Notes: generated from the sequence alone by a model not told the origin. A stretch of 64,000 nucleotides of DNA from Candidatus Fervidifonticultor secundus (GCA_031459385.1 JAVKIP010000003.1:1-64000), one strand, 5' to 3'. Shown: positions 45,682-58,993, numbered from the stretch's first letter. Translations and numbers: made by a program.

Positions 45682-46628
45682 CGGGACGCGCCGGCCTGCA
45701 GCAGCCGGTCGGCCGCGGCATGCGGGTCGAGTTCCCCGGTGGCTACGCGGGCGGCCAGGTCCTCGAGCAGCGCGGCGGTGGCGTGCAGCACCCGCGCGCG
45801 CAGTCGCGCTTCGGCGATGCGCAGGATCTCGCGCTGCCAGTGCGCCCGTCGCCGGGCCTGCAGCGCGCCGGTGCGCTCCAGGTGCGCCCGGTGCTCGCTC
45901 AGCGCGGCCAGCACGGCCCCCACGCCTTCGCCGGTCGTGGCCACGGTCGTGAGCACCGGCGGGCGCCAGCCCGCAGCGGGCAGCAGGTGCACGACCAGCT
46001 GCAGGTCGCTCACGAGCCGGCTGGCCTCGGGCCGGTCGGCCTTGTTCACGACGAACAGGTCGGCGATCTCCATGACGCCCGCCTTCAGCGTCTGGATGGC
46101 GTCGCCCATGCCGGGGGCGGCCACCACCACCACGGTGTCGCATGCGGACACGACGTCCACCTCGGCCTGGCCGGTGCCGACCGTCTCCACGAGGATCGTG
46201 GTCGCGCCCCACGCGTCCAGGATCGCCACGGCATCGCCGGTGGCCGGCGCCAGCCCCCCGAGGCTCCCCCGCGTCGCCATGGAGCGCACGAACACCTCGG
46301 GATCCGTGCTGTGATCCATCATGCGAATCCGGTCGCCGAGCAGCGCGCCGCCGGTGAAGGGGCTCGTGGGATCGATGGCGACCACCGCAACCCGCTGGCC
46401 GGCCTGCCGCAGGCCGCGGATCGCGGCGTTCACCAGGGTGCTCTTGCCCGATCCGGGCGGGCCGGTGACGCCGACGACGTGGGCGCGGCCCGTGTGGGGA
46501 TGCAGCGCAGCCCGGGCGTCCCGCGCCGTCGCGCCGTCGTTCTCTACCAGCGAGATGAGCCGCGCGGCGGCCTGGGCCGACCCGGCCAGCACGGCGTCGG
46601 CGAGCCGGCGGGCGACCTCGGCGCTCAC
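45678..46628 (-). CDS. meaB: Methylmalonyl-CoA mutase-associated GTPase
   Basis: [43 protein letters not shown]. Confidence 0.95.
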   Translation of the reverse strand: MSAEVARRLADAVLAGSAQAAARLISLVENDGATARDARAALHPHTGRAHVVGVTGPPGSGKSTLVNAAIRGLRQAGQRVAVVAIDPTSPFTGGALLGDRIRMMDHSTDPEVFVRSMATRGSLGGLAPATGDAVAILDAWGATTILVETVGTGQAEVDVVSACDTVVVVAAPGMGDAIQTLKAGVMEIADLFVVNKADRPEASRLVSDLQLVVHLLPAAGWRPPVLTTVATTGEGVGAVLAALSEHRAHLERTGALQARRRAHWQREILRIAEARLRARVLHATAALLEDLAARVATGELDPHAAADRLLQAGASR

Positions 46629-48217
46629 ACCACCACGGGCGGTCGGTACGTGGAGAAGACGCCCCGCAGCGCGTCGCAGATCTCGCCCACCGTCGCGTAC
46701 GCCTCCACGGCGTCGAGGATGTAGGGCACGAGGTTATCGCGCCCGCGCGCCGCCTCGCCCAGGCGGCGCAGCGTGCGCGCGACGGCGCCGCCGTCGCGCC
46801 CGGCGCGCACCTGTCGGAGCCGCGCCTGCTGGCGCGCCACCACCTGCGGGTCGACGCGCAGCGTCTCCACCCGGGCCGGCGTGGCGCTCTGGAACCGGTT
46901 GACCCCGACCACCACCTTGTCCCCGCGCTCGATGGCCTGCGCCTCGCGGAAGGCGCTCTCGGCGATCTCGCGCTGGATCAGGCCCGCCTCGACCGCCCGG
47001 AGCACGCCGCCTGCGGCCTCCACCTGCTGGATGCGCTCGCGGGCCCGGCGTTCGATCTCGTCGGTGAGACGCTCGATGAAGTACGCGCCGGCCAGAGGGT
47101 CGGCGGTGGCGGCTGCGTCGGTCTCGTAGGCGATGATCTGCTGCGTGCGCAGGGCCAGCAGCGCGGCGTCCTCGGTGGGCAGGCCCAGGGCTTCGTCGCG
47201 GGCGTTGGTGTGCAGCGACTGCGTGCCGCCCAGCACCGCTGCCAGCGCCTGGAGCGTGACGCGCACGACGTTGTTGTCGGGCTGCTGGGCCGTGAGCGCC
47301 GCGCCGGCAGTCTGCGTGTGGAACCGCAGCATCGCCGCCCGCGGCTCGGACGGGGCAAACCGCTCACGCACCAGCCGGGCCCACAGGCGCCGCGCCGCGC
47401 GGAACTTCGCCACCTCCTCGAGCACCGGCATCTGGGCCGCGAAGAAGAACGACAGCCGGGGGCCGATCTCGTCGACGCCCAGGCCGGCGTCCACCGCGGC
47501 CTGCAGGTAGGTCAGCCCGTTGGCCAGCGTGAACGCCACCTCCTGCACGGCGGTGGCACCGGCCTCCCGGATGTGGTATCCGCTGACGCTGATCGGGTTC
47601 CATCGGGGCAGGTGCCGCGCGCAGTAGGCGCAGAGATCGGTGACCAGGCGCAGGGACGGGCCCGGCGGATAGATGTAGGTGCCGCGGGCGATGTACTCCT
47701 TGAGGATGTCATTCTGCGTCGTCCCGTCGATGCGGTCGCCGGGCACGCCCTGCTTGCGCGCCACGGCCACGTACATCGCCAGCAGGATCGCCGCGGTGGC
47801 GTTGATGGTCATGGAGGTCGAGACGCGATCGAGCGGGATGCCGTCCAGCAGGACCTCCATGTCGGCCAGCGAGTCGATGGCGACGCCGACCTTCCCCACC
47901 TCGGGCTCGGCCAGGGGATGATCGGAGTCGTAGCCCATCTGCGTCGGGAGGTCGAACGCAATCGACAGGCCCGTCTGGCCCTGAGCCAGCAGATACCGGT
48001 AGCGCCGGTTGGACTCCTCGGCCGTGCCGTAGCCGGCGTACTGCCGCATCGTCCACAGCCGGCCACGGTACATCGTGGGGTAGATCCCCCGCGTGAAGGG
48101 AAACTGTCCGGGCGCACCCAGGTCGCGCGCGTAGTCCACGCGCACGTCGTCGGGGCCGTAGACCACGGCCAGGGGCATCCCGTCGGTGGTAGTCACCTGG
48201 CGCGTGTCCTGGCTCAT
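46625..48217 (-). CDS. Methylmalonyl-CoA mutase, substrate-binding (large) subunit
   Basis: [44 protein letters not shown]; no B12-binding domain. Confidence 0.95.
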   Translation of the reverse strand: MSQDTRQVTTTDGMPLAVVYGPDDVRVDYARDLGAPGQFPFTRGIYPTMYRGRLWTMRQYAGYGTAEESNRRYRYLLAQGQTGLSIAFDLPTQMGYDSDHPLAEPEVGKVGVAIDSLADMEVLLDGIPLDRVSTSMTINATAAILLAMYVAVARKQGVPGDRIDGTTQNDILKEYIARGTYIYPPGPSLRLVTDLCAYCARHLPRWNPISVSGYHIREAGATAVQEVAFTLANGLTYLQAAVDAGLGVDEIGPRLSFFFAAQMPVLEEVAKFRAARRLWARLVRERFAPSEPRAAMLRFHTQTAGAALTAQQPDNNVVRVTLQALAAVLGGTQSLHTNARDEALGLPTEDAALLALRTQQIIAYETDAAATADPLAGAYFIERLTDEIERRARERIQQVEAAGGVLRAVEAGLIQREIAESAFREAQAIERGDKVVVGVNRFQSATPARVETLRVDPQVVARQQARLRQVRAGRDGGAVARTLRRLGEAARGRDNLVPYILDAVEAYATVGEICDALRGVFSTYRPPVVV

Positions 48218-48744
48218 ACGCCCCCACCGGGGTGGGCGCCGCTCGCGTGCAGCACGACCAGCACCTGCGCGCCGGCGACCTCCTGGCCGGGTCGCACGCG
48301 CACCTCGCCGACCCGTCCGGCCGCAGGTGCCGGCACCTCCATCTGCATCTTCATGGCTTCGACGACGGCCACCGCCTGGCCCGCCGTCACTGCCTGACCC
48401 GGCGCGACGGGCACGGCCACCACCAGTCCCGGCATCGGCGCGTGCACCTCCACGGCCCGGGCGCTGGCCGCCGCCGCCGCCCGCCGCGACGGCACCGGCA
48501 GCGCGCGCCGCACCGTCAGGTCCGCGCGCGCCGGGCCCACGGTGACGCGCAGCCCTTCCTGGTGGGGGCGGATCCGGACAGCCCACCGCTGGCCATCGGC
48601 CTCCAGGCGCCACCACTCGGCGCCTGCCAGCCGGTGGAGCCGCACGTGCCGGCGGGTCTCGCCCCACGCCACGACCAGCGCGTCCGCGTCCTCGCCCACC
48701 GCCACCCTGTGGAGCCGGCCTGCCAGTGCGACCTCCACGATCAC
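48214..48744 (-). CDS. Biotin carboxyl carrier protein
   Basis: [14 protein letters not shown]. Confidence 0.93.
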   Translation of the reverse strand: MIVEVALAGRLHRVAVGEDADALVVAWGETRRHVRLHRLAGAEWWRLEADGQRWAVRIRPHQEGLRVTVGPARADLTVRRALPVPSRRAAAAASARAVEVHAPMPGLVVAVPVAPGQAVTAGQAVAVVEAMKMQMEVPAPAAGRVGEVRVRPGQEVAGAQVLVVLHASGAHPGGGV

Positions 48745-50207
48745 CGCAGCGCCTCCTCGCGCGCGGCGGCGACCCAGCGCAAGCCCGCACCATCCGCCGG
48801 CAGCAGCGGCGCGGTCAGCTGTCGGTAGAACCACGCGGCTGCGGCCAGCACGGCCACGTCGTCGATCTCCCCGGCGCCCCATGTCTCGGCGAACCGCACG
48901 TCGTAGGTGCCGGCCTGGAACACGGGTTGCTCGAGCGCCCACAGGTGGAAGGGGATCGTCACATCGACGCCCGAGATGTAGTACTCCGACAGCGCGCGGC
49001 GCATGCGGGCCAGCGCCACCTCGCGGCGCGGCCCCCAGGCAATGACCTTGGAGAGCAGCGGATCGTAGTGGCGCGAGACCCGCTGGCCGACCCACAGCCC
49101 ACTGTCCACGCGGATGCCCGGACCGGCCGGCTCCACGAGACCGTCGATCACGCCCAGCGACGGCAGGAACTGCGCATGCGGGTCCTCGGCGCTGATGCGG
49201 CACTCCAGCGCCGCGCCCTGCCAGGCGACGTCTTCCTGCCGCAGATCCAGGGGCCAGCCTGCGGCGAGCTGGATCTGCCAGGCGACCAGGTCGCATCCGG
49301 TCACCACTTCGGTGACGGGATGCTCCACCTGCAGGCGGGCGTTAACCTCGATGAAGTAGAACTGGTCGCCGTCGAGGAGGAACTCCATGGTGCCGGCCCC
49401 GCGATAGCCCAGGGCGCGCGCCACCGCCACCGCTGCCTCGCCCAGGGCCGCGCGCGTCGCCGGCCGCAGCCCCGGCGCCGGCGCCTCCTCGATCAGCTTC
49501 TGGTGCCGCCGCTGCACCGAGCACGCGCGCTCGCCCAGGTGCACGACGCGGCCCGCGGCATCGGCCAGCACCTGGACCTCGACGTGGCGGGGCGCTTCCA
49601 GCCATCGCTCCAGGTAGACCCGGGGGTCGCCGAACGCGGCCTGTGCCTCGCCGCGGGCCAGCCGCAGCGCCGCGGGCAGCTCGTCCGGCGCCCCGACATG
49701 GTGAATGCCCTTGCCGCCGCCGCCGCCCACGGCCTTGATGAGCAGGGGGAACCCCAGGCGCGCGGCCTCGCCCGCGGCCTCCTCGTCGGTCACCGGCCCG
49801 GTGCCCGGGAGCACCGGGACGCCGGCCGCCGCGGCCGCGGCGCGCGCCGCGGCCTTGTCGCCGCAGCGGGCCAGCACCTCCGACGGCGGGCCGATGAAGG
49901 TCAGCCCGGCGGCCTCGCAGGCAGCCGCGAAGGCCGGGTTCTCGGCCAGGAACCCGTAGCCCGGATGCACCGCGTCGGCGCCGTGGCGGCACGCGAGGTC
50001 AACGAGCAGCGGCAGGTTGAGGTAGCTCTCGGCCGGCGCGTCGCCGGGCAGCGGCAGCGCGGCATCCGCCATCCGCACGTGCGGGGCGCCGGCGTCCACC
50101 GGCGCGTAGACCGCCACCGGCGCCACGCCCAGGTCGCGGCACGCCCGGACGATCCGCACCGCGATCTCCCCTCGATTGGCGATCAGTAGGCGGCGAACCG
50201 GCCGCAT
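48741..50207 (-). CDS. Acyl-CoA carboxylase biotin carboxylase subunit
   Basis: [46 protein letters not shown]. Confidence 0.95.
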   Translation of the reverse strand: MRPVRRLLIANRGEIAVRIVRACRDLGVAPVAVYAPVDAGAPHVRMADAALPLPGDAPAESYLNLPLLVDLACRHGADAVHPGYGFLAENPAFAAACEAAGLTFIGPPSEVLARCGDKAAARAAAAAAGVPVLPGTGPVTDEEAAGEAARLGFPLLIKAVGGGGGKGIHHVGAPDELPAALRLARGEAQAAFGDPRVYLERWLEAPRHVEVQVLADAAGRVVHLGERACSVQRRHQKLIEEAPAPGLRPATRAALGEAAVAVARALGYRGAGTMEFLLDGDQFYFIEVNARLQVEHPVTEVVTGCDLVAWQIQLAAGWPLDLRQEDVAWQGAALECRISAEDPHAQFLPSLGVIDGLVEPAGPGIRVDSGLWVGQRVSRHYDPLLSKVIAWGPRREVALARMRRALSEYYISGVDVTIPFHLWALEQPVFQAGTYDVRFAETWGAGEIDDVAVLAAAAWFYRQLTAPLLPADGAGLRWVAAAREEALR

Positions 50208-50217
50208 CCCGATCCGC

Positions 50218-50736
50218 TCACGCGTCGTCCTGCTCGTCCTCGTCCTCTTCGTCGGTGGAGCGGGGACGGTCCGGCCGGTACACCAGCGAGTAGCGCGCGA
50301 TCTGAAACCCGCAGGCTTCCCAGAAGCGCAGGCCGCGCAGGTTGCCGGCCACGACGCCCGACTGGATCTCATCGGCCCCATGGCTCTTCAGCCAGTCGAT
50401 GACGGCCTGGGCCAGCTTCCGGCCCAGGCCCTCGCGGCGGTACTCGGGATAGACGAAGAACTCCCCGATCTGCCCCACGGTGCGCGATTGGTCCGCCCAG
50501 TGCTTGGCCAGCACGGCCACGACGAAGCCCACCTTGCGCCCGTTGTCGACGCCCCACCAGATGAACCGCCGCGCGGGGTCGGCAAAGAGCACCTGCAGGT
50601 AGCGGTCGAGCCAGGCGTCAGGCGGTGGCTCACCCATGATCTCCTCGCGGTAGCGCCGCAGCCAGTCGCGAAAGCGGGCGTCGCCGGCAAAGACGGGTTC
50701 GAGCTTCATGGGCACGAGAGTCCGCACGGAATTCAC
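50218..50736 (-). CDS. GNAT-family N-acetyltransferase
   Basis: FFVYPEYRREGLG, N..GLRFWE..GF; acidic tail. Confidence 0.88.
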   Translation of the reverse strand: MNSVRTLVPMKLEPVFAGDARFRDWLRRYREEIMGEPPPDAWLDRYLQVLFADPARRFIWWGVDNGRKVGFVVAVLAKHWADQSRTVGQIGEFFVYPEYRREGLGRKLAQAVIDWLKSHGADEIQSGVVAGNLRGLRFWEACGFQIARYSLVYRPDRPRSTDEEDEDEQDDA

Positions 50737-50852
50737 CGCAGAGATTCCACCTGTCCCGGGCGGATTCCTGGCTCGGCGGCCGCCGGGTCAGGCACCGCCG
50801 CCACGACCGGCCGATCCCGGTCGGCCCGCTGGTGCCACCATGGCCGTTCTCC

Positions 50853-52400
50853 CTACAGCGGGATGTTGCCGTGCTTGCGGCGGGGAACGCTCACGCGCTT
50901 GCGGTGCAGGACCTCCAGTGCCGCGACCAGCCGGCGGCGCGTCTCACGCGGGGGGATCACATCGTCGATGTAGCCACGGGCGGCCGCCACGTAGGGGGTG
51001 GCGAACTGCGCCCGGTATTCGGCGACCAGCTCGCGACGCCGGACCTCGGGATCGGGAGCCTCGGCCAGCTCCTTGCGGAAGATGATGTCGATGGCGCCTT
51101 CCGGCCCCATCACGGCGATCTCGGCCGTGGGCCAGGCCAGGTTCAGGTCGCCGCGAATGTGCTTGCTGGACATGACGTCGTAGGCGCCGCCGTAGGCTTT
51201 GCGGGTCACGACGGTCAGCTTGGGCACCGTGGCCTCGCAGTAGGCGTAGAGCAGCTTGGCGCCGTGGCGGATGATGCCCCCGTGCTCCTGCGCTACGCCC
51301 GGCAGGAACCCCGGCACGTCCACGAACGTGACCAGCGGCAGGTTGAACGCGTCGCAGAACCGGACGAACCGGGCGCCCTTGACCGACGCGTCGATGTCGA
51401 GCACGCCGGCCAGCACCGCCGGCTGCTGCGCCAGCACGCCCACCGGCCGGCCCGCGAGCCGCGCGAAGCCGCACAGCAGGTTGCGGGCGAATCCCGCGTG
51501 AACCTCCAGGAAGTCGCCGTCGTCGACGATGCGCCCGATCACCTCGTGCATGTCGTAGGGCTTCGTGGGATCCTCGGGCACCAGGGCATCCAGCGCCGGA
51601 TCGGCCCGCGCGGGATCGTCCGTGGGCGGCCGCCGCGGAGGTTCGTCCAGGTTGTTCGACGGCAGGTAGCCCAGCAGCCGGCGGATCAGGGCGAGGCACG
51701 CCTCGTCGTCGGCCGCGACGAAGTGGGCGATGCCGCTGCGCTCGGCGTGCACATCAGCGCCGCCCAGCGCTTCGAACGACACCTCCTCACGGGTCACCGC
51801 CTTCACCACCTGGGGGCCGGTCACGAACATGTACGACGTGCCTCGCACCATGACGACGAAGTCGGTGATCGCCGGCGAGTAGACGGCGCCCCCGGCGCAC
51901 GGTCCCATGATGGCCGAAATCTGCGGGATCACGCCGCTCGCCTGCGTATTCCGCCAGAAGATCTCGGCGTAGCCGCCGAGGCTCATCACGCCCTCCTGGA
52001 TCCGCGCGCCCCCGGAATCGTTCAGCCCGATGATCGGCGTGCCGGTGCGCAGGGCCAGGTCCATGACCTTGCAGATCTTCTCGGCGTGCGCCTCGCCCAG
52101 CGAGCCTCCCAGCACCGTGAAGTCCTGCGAGAAGACGTGCACCGGTCTGCCGTCGATCGTCCCCCACCCGGTGACGACGCCGTCGGCCGGAGCGTCGACG
52201 CGGTCGAGCCCGAAGTCGCGGTTGCGCGGAGCGGCGAAAGGGTCGAGCTCGATGAACGAGCCGGGGTCCAGGAGCGCGTCCAGACGCTCGCGCGCGGTGA
52301 GCTTCCCGGCCTCGTGCTGCCGGCGGACCCGCTCGGGCCCGCCCATGGCCAGGACCCGCTGGCGGCGACGGCGCAGGTCATCCAGGCGGTCGTCAGGCAC
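50853..52400 (-). CDS. pccB: Propionyl-/acyl-CoA carboxylase carboxyltransferase subunit
   Basis: [53 protein letters not shown]. Confidence 0.93.
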   Translation of the reverse strand: MPDDRLDDLRRRRQRVLAMGGPERVRRQHEAGKLTARERLDALLDPGSFIELDPFAAPRNRDFGLDRVDAPADGVVTGWGTIDGRPVHVFSQDFTVLGGSLGEAHAEKICKVMDLALRTGTPIIGLNDSGGARIQEGVMSLGGYAEIFWRNTQASGVIPQISAIMGPCAGGAVYSPAITDFVVMVRGTSYMFVTGPQVVKAVTREEVSFEALGGADVHAERSGIAHFVAADDEACLALIRRLLGYLPSNNLDEPPRRPPTDDPARADPALDALVPEDPTKPYDMHEVIGRIVDDGDFLEVHAGFARNLLCGFARLAGRPVGVLAQQPAVLAGVLDIDASVKGARFVRFCDAFNLPLVTFVDVPGFLPGVAQEHGGIIRHGAKLLYAYCEATVPKLTVVTRKAYGGAYDVMSSKHIRGDLNLAWPTAEIAVMGPEGAIDIIFRKELAEAPDPEVRRRELVAEYRAQFATPYVAAARGYIDDVIPPRETRRRLVAALEVLHRKRVSVPRRKHGNIPL

Positions 52401-52420
52401 GACGCCGCGGCGGAAGCCGG

Positions 52421-53653
52421 CTAGGCCGTGACGTCGGGATCCGGGGGCAGCGGCCCGTGGGGCCGGATCGCAATGATCCCGTGCTTGAAAAGCAGCTCCT
52501 GCACGCCGTTGACCTCGACGATCAGGCTGTACGTGCCGTACTCCCGGACGATCGCCGACGGGAGCTCGTAGCCGTCGCGGCAGCGGATGTGGACCGGCGC
52601 GGCCGAGAGCACCAGCCGCCGGTAGAAGGCGTCCTCGACGGACAGCTTGCCGACGGCGGACCTGCCTGGCGTGGGCCCGTCGGTCCGTGCCTCCTCGCGC
52701 ATCACGGTGGGTGCACCTCCCTGGCGTTCAGGACGGATCTCGCGCATGTCCCTGACGACGTCTTCCGCCACGGGCTCAGGCGGCGCCGCGGGCGGCGCAG
52801 CCTGCACCCGCTCGCCAGCGCCCACCTGGTCGGCGGGCGGCTCCGCCCCCAGCGTGACCGCAGTGGCCCAGGTGGCCGCAGTCTCCGCGGCGTCAGGCGA
52901 CGCCGCGGCGGGCCTTCCGGCGGCGAGCGCGGGCCCCCGGATCAAGCGCTCGTAGTGCTGGCGCAACCCCTCGACCTGCCGCCGGCGGTCGGGCCGGAGG
53001 GGCTGGGCCGGCCGCGCGCGCTGCGGCTTGCGGGCCGCGTCGATGACCGCCGCCACCACCGCCTCGGCCTCGCTGGCATCCACGGTCTCGGCGCCCACGT
53101 GGAGGAGCGTCCCGCGGTGGGAGGCCAGCGACACCGCTGCCAGCGCCACCGTGACGCCGGCGAACGCCGTCAGGGTGAGGCCCTCCAGCGCGGGCCGGAA
53201 TCCGCCGCGCTCAGCCAGGGGCCGCAGCGCCTCCACTGTGGCCAGGGCGACGGTGCGCAACCGGTGCATCTGCCCGGGCGGCGCCTGCGCGGAACCCGCG
53301 ACGGTCTTCTGCGCGCCCTCGCGCTCGTAGCGCAGCTCGACGACAGCCCGCGCCAGGGTTTCGGTCAGGGTCTCCTCGAGCCGGACGAGCTGGCAGGGGG
53401 GGATCACCTCGGGCGTGGGCTGCGGCTCGAGGTGCGCGATCTGCACCCGCCACCCGTCCACGGGCAGCCCGTACTGGCTGATCAGTGCCGAGGTGATGGC
53501 GCGCCGGATCGCCCCGTCGTCGCGGGTCGACTCTGTGGTGACGTAGATACGCTCGATCTCGCCGCCCTCATTGGCCACCACCCGAGCGGCGGCGACGGCC
53601 TCCAGCCGCTCCAGGAACGTCTCGATCTCGTCGGCGAACACCTCACGGGGCAC
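52421..53653 (-). CDS. Uncharacterised two-domain protein fused to a C-terminal Hfq-like (Sm-fold) domain
   Basis: C-terminus [10 protein letters not shown]....[23 protein letters not shown]...[14 protein letters not shown] aligns by eye with Hfq Sm1/Sm2; GGGGAG RBS before GTG 53653. Confidence 0.75.
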   Translation of the reverse strand: MPREVFADEIETFLERLEAVAAARVVANEGGEIERIYVTTESTRDDGAIRRAITSALISQYGLPVDGWRVQIAHLEPQPTPEVIPPCQLVRLEETLTETLARAVVELRYEREGAQKTVAGSAQAPPGQMHRLRTVALATVEALRPLAERGGFRPALEGLTLTAFAGVTVALAAVSLASHRGTLLHVGAETVDASEAEAVVAAVIDAARKPQRARPAQPLRPDRRRQVEGLRQHYERLIRGPALAAGRPAAASPDAAETAATWATAVTLGAEPPADQVGAGERVQAAPPAAPPEPVAEDVVRDMREIRPERQGGAPTVMREEARTDGPTPGRSAVGKLSVEDAFYRRLVLSAAPVHIRCRDGYELPSAIVREYGTYSLIVEVNGVQELLFKHGIIAIRPHGPLPPDPDVTA

Positions 53654-53724
53654 CGGCGACTCCCCACTGCTGCCCTCAACGGTTTCCGTTACCTTCTGCG
53701 GTGCACAGACGTCTCCTGCCCGGC

Positions 53725-54234
53725 TCAGAACTGCGGAGGTACCGGCGGGCGCCCGATGGGCCGATCGATCAACAGTCCCTCCCCGCCCAGCGCCGGACGC
53801 TCCTGGCCATCGACCAGGAGCCGGACCTGCCGTGCGGCGGACAGCTGGGTACCGGTGTAGACGAGCTGCCACAGCCGCGCCTGCATGCTGGTCGAGCCCC
53901 CACCCGTCGCCACGTCGCCGCTCAGGTCGATGACGGCCACGCCCTCGCGCACCCGAACGGCGCGCAACCGCGTCCCGGCCGGGATCTCCGTCACGAGGCC
54001 GCGGGCACGCTCCTCGGGCGTGGGCCCGGCCAGCAGCGCCGCCAGCGCGCCCGCCAGCAGCTCGTCCGGGGCGCGCCCCCGCACCGTGCGCGCCACCGGC
54101 ACCAGGGTGCTGCCACCGTCGGCGGGGCCGAGGAAGAACACCTCCACGCGCGCCTCGCGCGGTCGGAGCTGCGTCCACCACACGGCCGCCACGATGACGG
54201 CCAGGGCCAAGCCCCAGAGCAGGATGCGCCGCAC
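53725..54234 (-). CDS. GerMN domain membrane protein
   Basis: TM helix, LVPVAR, LLAGPTPEE..GL.TEIP.GT.L, GGGS, QLVYT.TQ. Confidence 0.88.
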   Translation of the reverse strand: MRRILLWGLALAVIVAAVWWTQLRPREARVEVFFLGPADGGSTLVPVARTVRGRAPDELLAGALAALLAGPTPEERARGLVTEIPAGTRLRAVRVREGVAVIDLSGDVATGGGSTSMQARLWQLVYTGTQLSAARQVRLLVDGQERPALGGEGLLIDRPIGRPPVPPQF

Positions 54235-54248
54235 GCCGCCTCCCCGTC

Positions 54249-56315
<2,067 letters not shown>

Positions 56316-56320
56316 CTACC

Positions 56321-56605
56321 CTACCATGCCGCCGCGCCCCCGGCCATGGCAGGGATGATGGAGACCTCCGCGCGCTGGTCCAGCGGGGTGTGCAGGCCCT
56401 GCAGCGTACGCACGTCCTGCTCGTTCACGAAGACGTTCACGAAGTGGTGGAGCTGGCCGTCCCCGTTCACCAGCCGCTCGCGCAACCCCGGGAAGCGGCG
56501 CTCGAGTTCGTCGATGGCCTCCGCCAGCGTCAGCGCCTCCACCGTGACCACCCGTGCGCCGTTCGTGTAGCGGCGCATGGGTGAGGGAATGCGAATCGTC
56601 GCCAC
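56321..56605 (-). CDS. MoaD/CysO-like ubiquitin-fold sulfur carrier with C-terminal extension (GG-AAAW)
   Basis: IRIPSPMR..T.G, FVNVFVN..DVR, IIPAMAGG; GGAGGA RBS. Confidence 0.9.
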   Translation of the reverse strand: MATIRIPSPMRRYTNGARVVTVEALTLAEAIDELERRFPGLRERLVNGDGQLHHFVNVFVNEQDVRTLQGLHTPLDQRAEVSIIPAMAGGAAAW

Positions 56606-56616
56606 CGTCGTCCTCC

Positions 56617-57843
56617 TCACGAGACCCTGGCCAGCACCGCGTCTTCGAACGCCCGCAGCGACGGCCGCACGCGCACAGGCGCCGCCACCGCGTCGGCCAG
56701 GTGGTCTGCGGTCTTCAGCCCCATGCCCGTGATGAACGCCACCGTGACGCCCGCGGGATCCAGGGCGCCGCCTGCGGCCAGCTTCTTGAGCACCGCGATC
56801 GTCACCCCGCCGGCGGTCTCGGTGAAGATCCCCTCGCACTCGGCCAGCAGGCGGATGCCGTCGACGATCTCCTCATCGGTGGCGTCGTCGATGCGGCCGC
56901 CGCTGGCTCCCACCGCGGCGATGGCGTACCGCCCGTCGGCCGGCGTGCCGATGGCCAGCGACTGCGCGATCGTACGGGGCCTGACGGGGGTGATGGCCCC
57001 GCCCCGTTTGAACGCCGTGCTGACCGGCGCGCACCCTGCCGGCTGCGCGCCGTGCACGCGCGTCGTCGCGGCGGCGACCAGGCCCACCGCGGCCAGTTCC
57101 TGGAAGCCGCGGTGGATCTTGACCAGCAGGTTGCCCGACGCGACGGGCACCACCACGTCAGCGGGCACCTGCCATCCGAGTTGCTCGGCCACCTCGAAGG
57201 CCAGGGTCTTCCCGCCCTCGCTGTAGTACGGCCGCATGTTGACGTTGAGGAAGGCCCAGTGGTGCTCCTCGCCGATCTCGGCGCAGAGCCGGTTGACGTC
57301 GTCGTAGCTGCCCTCGACCTCGACCACGGTCGGCCCGTAGATGGCCGAGGCCAGCACCTTGCCGCGCTCCAGGCCGGCGGGGATGAAGACGTAGGCGCGC
57401 ATGCCGGCGCGGGCCGCGTGGGCAGCCACCGAGTTGGCCAGGTTGCCGGTAGAGGCGCAGGCGAGCACGTGGTAGCCGAACCGGCGCGCCGCCGCCGTCC
57501 CGATGGACACCGACCGGTCCTTGAACGACCAGGTGGGGTTGGTGGAATCGTTCTTGATGTACAGGCGCTGCAGCCCCAGGCGCTCGCCCAGCCGGGGCGC
57601 CGGCACCAGCGGCGTGCACCCCGGGGAGAGGTCTGCGGCCGGATCGCAGGGCACCGGCAGGAGATCGGCGTAGCGCCAGATCGACCGGGGTCCGGCCTCG
57701 ATCCGCTGCCGCAGCGGCAGACGGCGCAGCGTCTCCAGGTCGTACACCGGTTCCAGCGGGCCCAGACAGCGCTCGCACACGTACACCGGCCCGGCCGGCA
57801 CCTCCGCGTCGCACTCGCGACACCGCAGCCGATCGACTGCCAT
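56617..57843 (-). CDS. Threonine synthase-like PLP enzyme (possible O-phosphohomoserine sulfhydrylase)
   Basis: N-terminal Zn ribbon CREC..CERC, NPTWSFKDR, ASTGNLA, RPYYSEGGKT, ITG.GLK. Confidence 0.9.
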   Translation of the reverse strand: MAVDRLRCRECDAEVPAGPVYVCERCLGPLEPVYDLETLRRLPLRQRIEAGPRSIWRYADLLPVPCDPAADLSPGCTPLVPAPRLGERLGLQRLYIKNDSTNPTWSFKDRSVSIGTAAARRFGYHVLACASTGNLANSVAAHAARAGMRAYVFIPAGLERGKVLASAIYGPTVVEVEGSYDDVNRLCAEIGEEHHWAFLNVNMRPYYSEGGKTLAFEVAEQLGWQVPADVVVPVASGNLLVKIHRGFQELAAVGLVAAATTRVHGAQPAGCAPVSTAFKRGGAITPVRPRTIAQSLAIGTPADGRYAIAAVGASGGRIDDATDEEIVDGIRLLAECEGIFTETAGGVTIAVLKKLAAGGALDPAGVTVAFITGMGLKTADHLADAVAAPVRVRPSLRAFEDAVLARVS

Positions 57844-57875
57844 CTCTCTCCTCCCCCGCCCGGTGTTCCCGGCGG

Positions 57876-58775
57876 TCAGGTCGCCAGGGCTCCCCGGGGT
57901 TCGATGCGTGTCTCGATCGCACGGCTGTGCACGCCCACCGCGGCGAAGGCAGCCACCATGGCGGCGCCCACCGCGCCCGCAGCCTCCGGTGGCGCCAGCG
58001 CCGCCACCGTGGGCCCGGAGCCGCTCAACACCGCGCCGTAGGCACCCGCGGCCTCGGCAGCGCCCACTACGGCCTCGAAGCCCGGTACCAGCGACGCCCG
58101 GTACGGCTGGTGGAGCCGGTCGCGCAGCGCGCCCCGCAGGGCCCCGGCCTGACCCGTGGCCAGCGCGGCGACCACCAGCGCCACCTGCGCCAGGTTGAAC
58201 ACGGCATCCGCGCGCTCGACCTGGGCCGGCAGCACGCGTCGCGCCGCCGCGGTCTCCACCTCCAGCGCCGGCACCGCCAGTACCACGGCCACCGGGAGTG
58301 CCGGGACGATCCGCGCCCACCGCAGTGCCGTCCCGTCGCGGGCCACGATCACGACGCCGCCGAAGAGCGCCGCCGCCACGTTGTCCGGATGGCCTTCCAG
58401 GTCCGTGGCCAATCGCAGCAGCCTCTCGGCGTCCAGGGCGTCGCCCAGCAGCCGGTGCGCGGCCACGAGCCCCCCGACGATGGCCGCAGCGCTACTCCCC
58501 AGGCCGCTGCGCAGGGGAATCGGCGAGCGCGCCCGCAGGGCGAAGGCGCCCTGCCAGCCGGTGGCGGCAGCGGCCACCTGCGCGCTGCGGTAGATCAGGT
58601 TCGAGACGTCCTGTGGGACGTCGACGCCCGCGACCTCGACAGAGGGCGTCGGCGCTGCGGCCAGCGTGACCTCGGCAAACAGGCCAACCGCCGCCCCCAG
58701 GCAGTCGAACCCCGGCCCGAGGTTGGCGACGGTTGCCGGCACCTGCACAGTGACCTGGTCGAGCGCGACGGCCAC
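57876..58775 (-). CDS. thrB: Homoserine kinase
   Basis: VPATVANLGPGFDCLG, IPLRSGLGSSAAA, EGHPDN, DRLHQPYR, LSGSGP. Confidence 0.95.
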   Translation of the reverse strand: MAVALDQVTVQVPATVANLGPGFDCLGAAVGLFAEVTLAAAPTPSVEVAGVDVPQDVSNLIYRSAQVAAAATGWQGAFALRARSPIPLRSGLGSSAAAIVGGLVAAHRLLGDALDAERLLRLATDLEGHPDNVAAALFGGVVIVARDGTALRWARIVPALPVAVVLAVPALEVETAAARRVLPAQVERADAVFNLAQVALVVAALATGQAGALRGALRDRLHQPYRASLVPGFEAVVGAAEAAGAYGAVLSGSGPTVAALAPPEAAGAVGAAMVAAFAAVGVHSRAIETRIEPRGALAT

Positions 58776-58794
58776 GCCCCATCTCTCCCGCACA

Positions 58795-58834
58795 TAACAA
58801 GAAACCCCTCCACTTCCTGCGCCGGGAGGGGTTC
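58795..58834 (-). terminator. Riboswitch-coupled intrinsic terminator
   Basis: GAACCCCTCC...GGAGGGGTTTC stem followed by TTGTT. Confidence 0.8.
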
Positions 58835-58838
58835 TACC

Positions 58839-58943
58839 CTCTTATCCGCCGGAACTGGGTTCCGCGGGGCTTGGCACCTTACCGCCCATGCGGCAGGTTG
58901 CCGGGGGTCATCGGGCCCGTCCCTCACCCACTCTTGATAAGAG
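58839..58943 (-). ncRNA. SAM-I (S-box) riboswitch
   Basis: CTCTTATCAAGAG..GAGGGACGGGCCCGATGA..CCGGCAACC...AAGGTGCCAA...GATAAGAG. Confidence 0.96.
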
Positions 58944-58964
58944 AAACGTATGCAGTTGAGAGTC

Positions 58965-58993
58965 AACCTAGCATAGCGTGGCGCACGCGTCAA
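58965..58993 (-). promoter_or_regulatory. Promoter of the SAM-I leader
   Basis: TTGACG-17 nt-TAGGTT with TGn extension. Confidence 0.7.
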
